Positions 54,338 to 63,121 of a DNA stretch of 64,000 nt are shown here, piece by piece. The stretch lies in IMG/VR virus record IMGVR_UViG_3300017754_001832. One strand, given 5' to 3'. The notes beneath the pieces are model-generated. The model did not search any database. It worked only from the letters and a program-made list of their open reading frames with translations, and had not been told where the DNA came from. The position numbers were made by a program, and so were the translations under genes. Every line of letters begins with the position of its first letter. Within the stretch, counting starts at the first letter, position 1. The DNA is from a virus.

Positions 54338-54909
54338 CAGACTTCACCCTTCATGTATCGGAGCACGGCTTCGATCTCCTCGACGGTGCCGTTGCCCTTT
54401 AACTCGTTAGCACGCCACGAGATTACACGCACGTTGCCTTTAACGTATCCGAGGGCGGGCACGATCTTGTCAAGACTCGGGCTGGTTGGGCAGTTACGCC
54501 CTCCGCCTACTTTTAGTTCGAGCCCAAGGACCGGACACCTCTCAGGGAGCACAATGTCTGAAGGCTCGATGTCGAAAGGAAGACCCGCTTCCTCCGCACG
54601 AGCCTTGGCCCCGCGCCACGTCACCTTCGCCCACTGTTCCGGCCTTCGGTATAACGAGTTCAACTGTTTCTTGACCTTCTCGCGAAAAGCAGGATCGGCT
54701 TCATACTTCTTAACGTGCCAATCGGCCCTACGGGTGTTATCTTTCTTGCGTTGAATTGGGTCAGCCTTCCGGCTGCGATCAACGGCTTTCTGTTTCTCTT
54801 GGCGGCTTGCCCACGCGGCAGGGTCCGCTTTGATAGCGGCGTACCTTTCCCTGTCTCGATCCGCGTCTCGCTTCGTTCGGGTTCTCACCGCCAGTGTTCC
54901 TTTATCCAT
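54337..54909 (-). CDS. HNH endonuclease, endonuclease VII-like (190 aa)
   Basis: CPVLGLEL...SPSLDKIVPALGYVKGNVRVISWRANELKGN. Next to the terminase genes, as in HNH-assisted packaging systems. Confidence 0.8.
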   Translation of the reverse strand: MDKGTLAVRTRTKRDADRDRERYAAIKADPAAWASRQEKQKAVDRSRKADPIQRKKDNTRRADWHVKKYEADPAFREKVKKQLNSLYRRPEQWAKVTWRGAKARAEEAGLPFDIEPSDIVLPERCPVLGLELKVGGGRNCPTSPSLDKIVPALGYVKGNVRVISWRANELKGNGTVEEIEAVLRYMKGEV

Positions 54910-55658
54910 GGGCTGATCGCCTGCCGCTCAGGCTTCCAGGGGCTATGGGGTCCGTTGCACTGCACGACTCGTGCCCCTGCCGGCAGGGGTCCACCCGTGG
55001 GCTCGTGCTTCAGTTGATCGACGAGATTGCGCTGGCGCCACGAGGCGTAGTGCCAGAGGTTACGCGGGCAGATGTCGTCGCGATAGCAGTAGAGGCCGTC
55101 CTCGCGAGTGATCTTCGTGATCTTGTGGTTGGCCTTGATCGCCAGCCACGCCTGATCGCTGCCGCCGTAGCGCAGGCCGCGACCCTTGACGTTGTTCTGC
55201 CAGAGGTTGCGGTCGAACTCGGTGAAGACCTCGGGAGCGACGCCGTGGTCCGCGATGACGATGGAGCCGTTCACCGGCTGCGGGCCAAGCTCGACGCCCG
55301 ACATGAGGAACGGCTCGGTGCGACCGAAGATCGGACTGCAGTCGTCAACGAGGACCATGTCGAGATCGAACCACGACCAGCGCGGCTCGGGGATGATGTT
55401 GCGGAACGAGTTGTCGAAGCACTTCAGACGAACGAGGCACTTGCCGCCTTGATCGGCGAGGTCATTCCACAGCGGCACGACCTGGTCGCCCTCTGCCTTG
55501 AAACGCTCGCGAGTCTTCTTCGAGTCGGAGATCACCACGATCCGGTACGGGATGTGGAGGTTCCGACCGAGCATGTTCTTCATTATCCGGATGTAGTCGT
55601 CGGAGAACTTGTCTCCCCACGACCACAGGATGATCGGCAGCACGTTAGGCGATGTCAT
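54885..55658 (-). CDS. Putative GT-A glycosyltransferase (257 aa)
   Basis: Internal ATG (MTSPNVLPIILWSWGDKF...). DxD-like WFDLDMVLVDD. GGSDQAWL. Confidence 0.45.
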   Translation of the reverse strand: MTSPNVLPIILWSWGDKFSDDYIRIMKNMLGRNLHIPYRIVVISDSKKTRERFKAEGDQVVPLWNDLADQGGKCLVRLKCFDNSFRNIIPEPRWSWFDLDMVLVDDCSPIFGRTEPFLMSGVELGPQPVNGSIVIADHGVAPEVFTEFDRNLWQNNVKGRGLRYGGSDQAWLAIKANHKITKITREDGLYCYRDDICPRNLWHYASWRQRNLVDQLKHEPTGGPLPAGARVVQCNGPHSPWKPERQAISPWIKEHWR

Positions 55659-56265
55659 GTTCTTGTCCCTCTGGGAGATATGGGTAGGCTTTGAGCGCGG
55701 AGTCGGGATTGAGGTTGTAGACAGCAACCCCACGTTTTTTGAGATCGGCAGGCTGGCGCGCGAGGCCCCACTGCTGGCGTTTGTAGCGATCATTCCAATC
55801 CTCAGTCAGCGTGCCCGTGAAGTGGCGTTCCTTGTTCGGGCCGGGCTTCACGTCCACGCCCACCAGAAGGATGCGGCGCGATCCACGGAGCACCGCGTAG
55901 TTGATGGCGAGCGCGGTCGTCGTGAATGTTCCGCGTAGTTCGGCCGGGTTCTTCGAGAGCCCGCCGCCGGCCACCTTCGGGATGAACCGGATGCGGTCGT
56001 CGTGAAGCTCGGGCGGCAGGGGCTTCGGGTCCGTGTAGAGGATCAGCGGCCCCTTGTAGCCAGACAGGTCTGGCGTGCGGCGCGCGTACCGATGATCGCC
56101 GATCATCAGCACCTCGGCGTGAGGCACCTTCAGGTAGCCGTCCTTGACCGCTATCGTCTTCAGGCCCGCGATGCGCTCGAAGTTGAACGAGTTCACCGAC
56201 GGGCCCGAGGCGACGATAGCGACCGTGCAGCCAGCCCAATCACGAGGGACGACGTGAGACTTCAT
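55645..56265 (-). CDS. DUF115 / Maf-like putative glycosyltransferase (206 aa)
   Basis: IVASGPSV glycine loop, TIAVKDG, SRRILLVGVDV. Parallels the 26834..27562 product. Confidence 0.5.
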   Translation of the reverse strand: MKSHVVPRDWAGCTVAIVASGPSVNSFNFERIAGLKTIAVKDGYLKVPHAEVLMIGDHRYARRTPDLSGYKGPLILYTDPKPLPPELHDDRIRFIPKVAGGGLSKNPAELRGTFTTTALAINYAVLRGSRRILLVGVDVKPGPNKERHFTGTLTEDWNDRYKRQQWGLARQPADLKKRGVAVYNLNPDSALKAYPYLPEGQEHDIA

Positions 56266-56831
56266 TCGTCAGTCGAACCGATGCCATCATTCTTGAACGG
56301 GCGCACGAGCACCGCGAGTTCAACGCCGATGCGCTTGGGCTTGATCGGATCAACCTCGACCACCTCGGCGAAGTGCTTCTTCAGGCGCTCCATCCACCAC
56401 TTCGTCGGCTTGACGATGAGGTGCGCGTTGCGACCGTCGGCGAGGGTCTTGTTCGCCAGGCGTTGCGAGATCACCAGCAGGCCGCGCACCTTAACGAGCG
56501 AGGCGATGTGCTCCAGCACGTTGTCGAGCATGTCCGGTTCTACGTGCTCCAGAACGTCGTTGCAGGTGACGAAGTCTGCCGGCTTCGGCATCTGCGGCGC
56601 GGTGACGGGGTCATAGCCCTGTGTCGCCACCATAGGCGCGCGGGCCGCGATCTCAGCGAGCAGGTTGCCCTTGCCGCAGCCGTAGTCGAGATACGAGAGG
56701 GCGCCGGCACCCGTCATGTAGTCGAGCACGCGGTCGGCCCACGCATCGCCCTTGCCGCCGTACTTCGCCTTGCGGCCATGAAGCTCAGCGTTGAGCGCGC
56801 GATACTGTTCGGAGATGAGTGGCTTGGTCAT
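56262..56831 (-). CDS. Class I SAM-dependent methyltransferase (189 aa)
   Basis: Motif I LDYGCGKG. Has DVLEHVEPDML. ATGA overlaps at both ends. Confidence 0.75.
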   Translation of the reverse strand: MTKPLISEQYRALNAELHGRKAKYGGKGDAWADRVLDYMTGAGALSYLDYGCGKGNLLAEIAARAPMVATQGYDPVTAPQMPKPADFVTCNDVLEHVEPDMLDNVLEHIASLVKVRGLLVISQRLANKTLADGRNAHLIVKPTKWWMERLKKHFAEVVEVDPIKPKRIGVELAVLVRPFKNDGIGSTDE

Positions 56832-57367
56832 TTGATCCTCGTGATGAGCACAGCAAGTTCGGATGCGGCTTTCGTCTCGTCGAGGATAGGAACCTCTTCG
56901 ATTCTGTAGGGGCCTGCGAAAGCGACGGCGATGGTCTGGAGCCACCACTCGCGCGGCTTCACCAGCGGGTGCGTGTCGCGCTTCTTCGGCGAGCGGTTGC
57001 GCAGCGAGATCGTGATGAGGGCGCCGTTGCGAGCGCAGCGGCGGATGTCGGTGAGGACCGCGTCATACATGCCGACCTCTACGTGCTCCATCACGTCGAT
57101 GCAGGTCACGAAGTCGGCGGGCATCGGCGTGATGTCGCCGAACGCAGGCTCATACGACGTGCCGGTGAAGTGCAGGCCGTCGGGGTGTTCGAGAACGTGG
57201 TACGCGAGGGCGCTTCGACCAGCGCCGTAGTCGAGGATCGACTCCGAGGCCGTCTGGTGCATGTAGGCCACGACACGGTCGGCCCATCGGTGCCCGATGA
57301 TGCCGAAGTTCGGGTCGCGGTCGTGCAGCGCCTTCAGACGCTTGCGGTGCTCGACGGTGATGGTCAT
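56828..57367 (-). CDS. Class I SAM-dependent methyltransferase, paralogue (179 aa)
   Basis: LDYGAGRS and DVMEHVEVGMY. Same architecture as the neighbouring gene. Confidence 0.7.
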   Translation of the reverse strand: MTITVEHRKRLKALHDRDPNFGIIGHRWADRVVAYMHQTASESILDYGAGRSALAYHVLEHPDGLHFTGTSYEPAFGDITPMPADFVTCIDVMEHVEVGMYDAVLTDIRRCARNGALITISLRNRSPKKRDTHPLVKPREWWLQTIAVAFAGPYRIEEVPILDETKAASELAVLITRIK

Positions 57368-58077
57368 TGCTTGTTCGCTCGCTGCGCTTCGATCTCTGCC
57401 GCCGCGTGGACCCACAGGTCTGCGAAGCGAACGCTCTTGTGGTTGTAGAACCACGGGCCACCGTTGGTGTAGTGGATGCCGGCCGGCGGCTGCGCGCTCT
57501 CCCACTCATACTCGCCTTCGAGCCAGTTCCACGTCTGCGGAACGCCGAGGATTTGATGTTCCGCGATCCAGTTGAAGCGGTGCAGGTCGGCGGCCTTGGC
57601 GCTGTTCACATACTCCGGTGTCAGTTGCCGACACTGCGGGTTGTTGAACAGCATCAGCGACGACCAATTCTTGCGGGGGTACGCGACCTGGGGCTGCCCA
57701 TCCATCTTGAAGGCGGCCTTGGGCGTGTAGTCGTGCTTCACGAGGGCGACGCCGTACTGCACCGGCTGCACCTTGTCCTGCTCGCCACGGACGAAGTCGA
57801 GGAGGCTCTTGATGTCGCGGGTGAAGAGGAAGTCGCAATCCACGAAGAGGGCCGTGCCCTTGTAGCCGCACAGGTAGGGCACGAGGAAGCGGGTGTGGGC
57901 GAACTCGGTCGAGGCGGGCTCGTCTGCCGGGCGGGTGTAGATACCCCGCTCCCGCAGCTTGTCCTGCTTCAGGCCGACGATGGCGAGCGGGATGGATGTG
58001 TGGGCGCGGAGCGAGGCAGCGCAGACCTCGAACGCGGCGTGTTCTCTGGCGTCGTAGCCGATGAAGACGTGTAGCAT
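57364..58077 (-). CDS. GT8-like glycosyltransferase (237 aa)
   Basis: Internal ATG (MLHVFIGYDARE...). DxD ALFVDCDFLF. KNWSSLMLFN. Confidence 0.6.
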   Translation of the reverse strand: MLHVFIGYDAREHAAFEVCAASLRAHTSIPLAIVGLKQDKLRERGIYTRPADEPASTEFAHTRFLVPYLCGYKGTALFVDCDFLFTRDIKSLLDFVRGEQDKVQPVQYGVALVKHDYTPKAAFKMDGQPQVAYPRKNWSSLMLFNNPQCRQLTPEYVNSAKAADLHRFNWIAEHQILGVPQTWNWLEGEYEWESAQPPAGIHYTNGGPWFYNHKSVRFADLWVHAAAEIEAQRANKQ

Positions 58078-58112
58078 GTCAGTTCCCTCTAGTGCTGCCT
58101 TATAGCGCGGCC

Positions 58113-59564
58113 CTACCGCAATCGCAACTCTCGGTCGATGTCTTCTTTCGTGATCCGGACCCGGCTCCTCAGATCGTCCTCTTCGGCCTGTTTTACGGCC
58201 TGGTTGTAGATCACGTCCTCGTCCCGCGTGCCCCGTGCGAGGATGTGGCGGATGTAGACGTGCGGGGCCTCTTGGCCGGGCCGAGGCAGACGCATGTTCA
58301 ACTGCCGGTAGGTCTCGCCCGATTCCTGTAGGCCGTACCAGATCAGGTTGTGGCCGCCGTACTGCATGTTGGTCCCGTGCGAGATGTTGCCGGGGTGGAC
58401 TGCGAGGTTCCTGATCTTGCCTGCGTTCCAATCTTTGATCGCGTTCTTCCCGTACTCGTCGAAGAAGACGACCTTCTTCCCGAACCGCTTCCTGATCGCT
58501 TCCTTGTCGAACTTGTAGCTCCACGCGATCAGGGCGTGGTGCCCGTCGAGATCGCGGATCATGTCTTCAAGCACGTTGAGTTTGTAGTCGTGAACGAAGA
58601 TCGCGTTTCCACGTTCGCGGTACATCGACCCGTTGGCCCACTGAAGCTGCTTGCTCGTGAGCACTGCGGCGTTGATCGCTTCGATGTCGCGCTTCTCATC
58701 GTAGTTCTCACGGGAGAATTTTTTATACTCGCGCATGAGCGACGGCGGGAAGTCTACCCACCGTGTCGTGAAGGGGTGCGTGATGACCGGCGGGAGCTTG
58801 ATGTGGTCCTCGGCGCGCAGCGAGATCATCAGGTCGGAGCACCTATCCATGATCTCGTCTTTGGCGCCGGGTCGAGGCTTCAGCGTGAAGCCGTTGTAGC
58901 TCTTGGAGAACCACCGCTCCTCGAAGTCGGATTTCTTGATGCCGAGTCGCTCGCCGCCGTCGAGCACGTACATGAGACCCCACATGTCGTGGACGCCTTC
59001 GGGAGACGGTGTGCCGCTCATCTCGATCACGCGCTCGCACATCTTGCGCGCACGCGCGAGGATGCCGAAGCGTGATAGCGGCTTCGAGCCTTTGCCGCCG
59101 CCGGCTCGTGTGGTGCGCTTGCGGCCTTCCTTCAGCATGGACGCTTCGTCGATGACGAGCGTGTTCCAGAACCACCCGTCTTCGCCGCCGATCACCTCCC
59201 AGAGCCACGCGAGGTTTTCCTTGTTGATGATGTGCAGGTCCACGTCCTTGTCGAGCGCGGCGAGACGTTCGGCCGGGGTGCCACACATCACCGCGTAGGT
59301 GATGCCGCGAAGGTGTCGCCATGTGGCGATCTCGGTCGGCCACGTATCGGTGGCGACGAGCAGCGGCGCGATGACGAGGCCGCGAAAACGCTTGCGGCGC
59401 TGCTGCTTCCGCTTCTCTTTGTCCTCGGCGACGAAGTCCAGCACGGCCTCGGTCTTGCCCAACGACATGTCGATGGCAAGCAGGGCCGAATCCATATCGT
59501 GACACTTCATGGTCGCGAAAAGCTGGTATCCACGTCGCTCGAAGTCAAAGCGGGTCTTAGGCAT
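58113..59564 (-). CDS. SNF2-family helicase (483 aa)
   Basis: Motif I-like MSLGKTE, DEAx box VIDEASMLK, and C-terminal helicase motifs. Confidence 0.85.
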   Translation of the reverse strand: MPKTRFDFERRGYQLFATMKCHDMDSALLAIDMSLGKTEAVLDFVAEDKEKRKQQRRKRFRGLVIAPLLVATDTWPTEIATWRHLRGITYAVMCGTPAERLAALDKDVDLHIINKENLAWLWEVIGGEDGWFWNTLVIDEASMLKEGRKRTTRAGGGKGSKPLSRFGILARARKMCERVIEMSGTPSPEGVHDMWGLMYVLDGGERLGIKKSDFEERWFSKSYNGFTLKPRPGAKDEIMDRCSDLMISLRAEDHIKLPPVITHPFTTRWVDFPPSLMREYKKFSRENYDEKRDIEAINAAVLTSKQLQWANGSMYRERGNAIFVHDYKLNVLEDMIRDLDGHHALIAWSYKFDKEAIRKRFGKKVVFFDEYGKNAIKDWNAGKIRNLAVHPGNISHGTNMQYGGHNLIWYGLQESGETYRQLNMRLPRPGQEAPHVYIRHILARGTRDEDVIYNQAVKQAEEDDLRSRVRITKEDIDRELRLR

Positions 59565-59859
59565 AGGGGCCGAGCTTCAGTGCTTTGCGGGCCTGGTCGT
59601 GCGTGTCGCAGACGTAGACGTGATGGCCTGCGGCCTTGAGTTCGCGGTGACGCTTCAACTGCCGGCCATCCGGCGGCTCGCCGACCTTTTTGTATTCGAT
59701 GATGACCGGCTGCGGGTGATCCTTGCGGAAGTGCCAACGGTCGGGGCAGCCCCCGATGCCGATGATCTGCATCTTCCACACGAGCCAGCCGGCACGCTCA
59801 GCTTCCCCGTCGGGGCCGCTGATGTCGAGTTCGAGCACGATTTCTTTGGGCGTCGCCAT
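59557..59859 (-). CDS. VRR-NUC domain nuclease (100 aa)
   Basis: Internal ATG (MATPKEIV...). GCPDRWHF...VIIEYKK (D...E-x-K). Confidence 0.7.
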   Translation of the reverse strand: MATPKEIVLELDISGPDGEAERAGWLVWKMQIIGIGGCPDRWHFRKDHPQPVIIEYKKVGEPPDGRQLKRHRELKAAGHHVYVCDTHDQARKALKLGPYA

Positions 59860-59861
59860 TA

Positions 59862-62003
59862 TCAGTCCTTGATCCAAACCTTGCCAATGCTCCCCTTGGC
59901 ATACAGGGGTAGTTCTTTCTCGGTGGCCCACGGCATGGGCTCACGCAAGCATTCTTCCATCGTCTTCAGCACCCACTCTGCCTTGCTCTCCTGCGCGATG
60001 GCAACGGGTTCGTCGTGGACGTGGAGGACGAGGCGACCGACGTTGCGCGGCACGCGCTTGCGGAAGCGCATCATCGAAGTCGCGAGGATGTCGCGCGAGA
60101 TGGCTTGGTCCGCGTTTTCCGTCAGTTTGCCGGGGTGCGTCTGGATGCGGACCCACTTGTTCTTGTCGTTGAGACCTTCGTAGGTCAGCGAAACTTTCTC
60201 TTTGGTCTTCTTCTTATTCGGTTCCTTGCACAGGAACTCGGGCAGGTACTTTTTCTGCTTCTCGCACCAGATCAGTTCCACGTCTTCGAGACGCGGGCGC
60301 ATGTAGCTCAAGCAGCGGCCCGAGGGCAGCCACATCTGGAGGAAGGGGCCGCTGCGGGCGAAGCGAACCGGGCCTGCCCACGCTTCCTTGTCCGTTTTCA
60401 TCGTGAGCTTGGCGGCCTTCTCGATCTCCCACCAATACGCGACGGCGTCCTCGTAGGTGTCGCGCCAGACACGCACCGAGTCGATGGCTTCCTGCGCGGT
60501 GAGCTTCACACCCATGTTCCACGCATAGCCGAGCAGGCCCGTGGCCTCCATCTCGCCGGTCTTGTGGTTCTCTTTCTCCTCACCAGCAGACAGCATGTAG
60601 CCGCAGCCAAGCACGCCCGGCTTCGCGACGGTACGCTTCTTCTTGTTGCCGGCGGCGACCTCCGCCGCGATTGCCTCGTAGGTGTCACCGTACATCTTCG
60701 TCGCGAAGTCGATGTAGGGATCGAGGTTGTTGCGGAAGACGTTGAGAATCTTCTGGTCGCCCGAGAGATAGCCGAGGACGCGGTTCTCGATAGCGTTCAA
60801 GTCAGCGGAGACCATGACCATGCCCTTCGGCGCCTGCACCGTCGGACGGATGCAGGTGGAGAGCATGTCGATGGGGCCGGGCTTCTGCACGTCCTTCCAC
60901 GACTTGTCGTAGACCAACTCAAGAGCTTCCGGTGTCAGGTGCTCCAGATGCTCGACGCAGACCTCTTGCAGCTTCTCCAGAGCCGGATGCGGCCGGGCTA
61001 GGTTCTGCGGCTGGATGAGTCGACCGGACCAACGCCAGGTGCGCTGCGCGCCCGCGAACTGCAAGCAGCCTTGAATGATGTCGTGGTCGAGATCGACCGC
61101 GCGCTCCATGGCGTAGTATTTGTCGGTCGAGGTCTTGGCGATCTCGGCGCGCATCGCGAGCACTTCCCGCACGGTGTCAGAGAGGCGCGTGTCCTCGGCG
61201 GCCTTCTTCACGTGCGCGGCCTGCATGTCACTGAAGCGATAGCCGTTGTCGTTGAGCCATTCGAGAAGCTGCGGGTTCGAGCGGGGGTTATCGACCCCGG
61301 TCAACTGCTTGATCCGCGCGTATCGCTTCGCCCTGATGTGCTCGACGAACTTGATGGCGTTCGTCACGACATTCATGTTGATCGGGATGCCGTCGTTGTT
61401 GATCTCGTAATCGAGGCACCACAAGTCCCACTCATGCTGCGGCAAGTCCCATTTGCGGATGCGGTTGTAGATGCCACGCTCCGCCGCGATGTCGGCGCGG
61501 TTGTATCCCTTGAACTCGTCCCACTCCTCGGGATCGGTGAGGTAGTCGGACCAGACCCACGGCTTGTGCTTGGTCGGCTTGCGAGGCTTGCAGAAACGGT
61601 TGATGAGCGCCTTGCCGCGCTGCTCTTTCTGGAGATCGAGCGGGAGGTCGAAGATCGGCCCGGCCATGCCGAGGCCGGTCGGCGCGGAGAGGCACATCGC
61701 CTGCGTCTGCGTGCAGCGCCACTCGTCGGGGAATATCTCGACGCCGCAGACCTCGCGCCAGACCGACATCTCCATTGATGCGTTCCACGAGCGTTTCTGC
61801 ACTTCGGGATCGCGGATCGCGTCACGCAGATCGCCGGGCATCTTCTCGCCCTCCGCCGGCACCCACTGTTCGATGGGGCCGTTGTCGAAGGCGTAGGCGA
61901 GCATCAGGACTTTGGTGGAGGGATCGCGCGCATAGCGGCGGGCGCCGACTTTCTTGATGTCGGAACGAGACTTGGTCTCGAAGTCATTGAAGAAGATCGT
62001 CAC
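59862..62003 (-). CDS. Family A DNA polymerase with 3'-5' exonuclease domain
   Basis: Exo I FFNDFETKS, motif A VSADLNAIENRVL, motif B RTVAKPGVLGCGYM, motif C LHVHDEPV. The GTG at 62003 is preferred (GTGA coupling); the track start is 62063. Confidence 0.85.
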   Translation of the reverse strand: MTIFFNDFETKSRSDIKKVGARRYARDPSTKVLMLAYAFDNGPIEQWVPAEGEKMPGDLRDAIRDPEVQKRSWNASMEMSVWREVCGVEIFPDEWRCTQTQAMCLSAPTGLGMAGPIFDLPLDLQKEQRGKALINRFCKPRKPTKHKPWVWSDYLTDPEEWDEFKGYNRADIAAERGIYNRIRKWDLPQHEWDLWCLDYEINNDGIPINMNVVTNAIKFVEHIRAKRYARIKQLTGVDNPRSNPQLLEWLNDNGYRFSDMQAAHVKKAAEDTRLSDTVREVLAMRAEIAKTSTDKYYAMERAVDLDHDIIQGCLQFAGAQRTWRWSGRLIQPQNLARPHPALEKLQEVCVEHLEHLTPEALELVYDKSWKDVQKPGPIDMLSTCIRPTVQAPKGMVMVSADLNAIENRVLGYLSGDQKILNVFRNNLDPYIDFATKMYGDTYEAIAAEVAAGNKKKRTVAKPGVLGCGYMLSAGEEKENHKTGEMEATGLLGYAWNMGVKLTAQEAIDSVRVWRDTYEDAVAYWWEIEKAAKLTMKTDKEAWAGPVRFARSGPFLQMWLPSGRCLSYMRPRLEDVELIWCEKQKKYLPEFLCKEPNKKKTKEKVSLTYEGLNDKNKWVRIQTHPGKLTENADQAISRDILATSMMRFRKRVPRNVGRLVLHVHDEPVAIAQESKAEWVLKTMEECLREPMPWATEKELPLYAKGSIGKVWIKD

Positions 62004-62143
62004 CGAGGACGGCCTCGTTTCGCTTCGGATTCGGGGGTGAGGGGTCTCACGTTGATCTCCCAATGCCGCAAGCGCCAGGCGGAGTACGCCTCGCGCTTCT
62101 CGGCATCAGTCGCCCCCTCCGGTAGTGAGGTCGGAGGGGGCAC
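62000..62143 (-). CDS. Possible small protein (47 aa), GTG start
   Basis: Hand translation gives VPPPTSLPEGATDAEKREAYSAWRLRHWEINVRPLTPESEAKRGRPR. GTGA overlap with the polymerase start. Spans a perfect 10-bp hairpin. Confidence 0.3.
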   Translation of the reverse strand: MPPPTSLPEGATDAEKREAYSAWRLRHWEINVRPLTPESEAKRGRPR

Positions 62144-62171
62144 TGAGTCGTCAACGTAGAACGGTTTGGGC

Positions 62172-63038
62172 TCAGAAGGGGATGTCATCGTCATCCCGAT
62201 TGCGGCTGCGGCGCGAACGCGGGGCGTCCTCGTCGTCATCGCGGTTGCGGCGCGAACGAGGAGCTTCCTCCTCGGCGTCGCGGTTACGGCGCGAACGAGG
62301 AGCTTCCTCCTCGGCGTCGAAGCGTTCGCGGCGACCGCGCGGAGCGTCGTCCTCATCGCGGTCGCGGTTGCGGCCACGCGGGGCGTCATCTTCGTCACGG
62401 CCACGGCGCGAGCGCGGGGCGTCGTCTTCATCACGATCACGGCCACGACCACGCATCGGGACATGGCTGCCCTCGTCGTCGTCTTCGTGTGCCTTGAACT
62501 TGCTGAGATCGGCGGCGCCTTTGCCGAACGCTTCGCCCTTGCGGAAATACTGGACGATCTCCAGCGAGGCGTTCACCTGGTCGTTCCACTCGTCGTAGGC
62601 GTAGATGCGAACGAGAGCGTTGACGTAGCACCCGCCGTAGGGCTTTCCGTCCTTCTCTTCCGCACGAGTCATGTCGGCGAGGAAGACCTGCGGCGCACTC
62701 TTGGCCGGCGCGGCGGCTTTCAGCAGCATGCAGCCCTGAAGCTCGTCCTTGTCGGTGTCATCACCATCCACGAGGCAGAGGTTCTGCTCCTGGATTTTCG
62801 GGGGGTTCTTGCCCCACTTGTCGGCGATCACGTCGTCGATTGCGTCCTCGATCTCCTCGATCAGCTTCTTGTGCTTCTTCTTGTCGAGGATGAAGCCGCA
62901 GGTGTAGCGCGGCTTGGAGTTCGGGTCGGCCTTGCCCTTCCGCTGGAAGGTGGTCGGCTCGAACAGGTGGGGGTGGGAGCAGCGAACGTCTTCGAGATAG
63001 ACTTCGACGTTCAAGTTTTTCTGACCTTTGGCGGCCAT
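62172..63038 (-). CDS. DUF2815-type ssDNA-binding protein with a repeat linker and DDDIPF tip (288 aa)
   Basis: N-terminus VYLEDVRCSHPHLFEPTTF...KPRYTCGFILDKKK fits DUF2815. The C-terminus ends DDDDIPF. Confidence 0.75.
   Translation of the reverse strand: MAAKGQKNLNVEVYLEDVRCSHPHLFEPTTFQRKGKADPNSKPRYTCGFILDKKKHKKLIEEIEDAIDDVIADKWGKNPPKIQEQNLCLVDGDDTDKDELQGCMLLKAAAPAKSAPQVFLADMTRAEEKDGKPYGGCYVNALVRIYAYDEWNDQVNASLEIVQYFRKGEAFGKGAADLSKFKAHEDDDEGSHVPMRGRGRDRDEDDAPRSRRGRDEDDAPRGRNRDRDEDDAPRGRRERFDAEEEAPRSRRNRDAEEEAPRSRRNRDDDEDAPRSRRSRNRDDDDIPF
62185..62460 (-). repeat. In-frame tandem repeats encoding about 6 copies of an acidic-APR(S/G)RR unit in the SSB tail
   Basis: A 31-nt string is exactly repeated at 62250-62280 and 62289-62319 (39-bp period). 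Peptide repeats RDEDDAPRSRRG and DAEEEAPRSRRNR. Confidence 0.85.
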
Positions 63039-63121
63039 GGGGTAGTCCTTTCACGGTTTCAACGGTTTCACAGATCAACGCCTTTCGGCGTGCGTGACAA
63101 TCGACCTACAGCTTTCTCAAG

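Noticed and set aside
62000-62464. A 154-aa track ORF overlapping the 3' end of the SSB gene
   Set aside because: Most of it is the off-frame image of the SSB tandem repeats (Thr/Ala/Arg/Val strings). Only its last roughly 47 codons, downstream of the SSB stop, are kept as a low-confidence small CDS.
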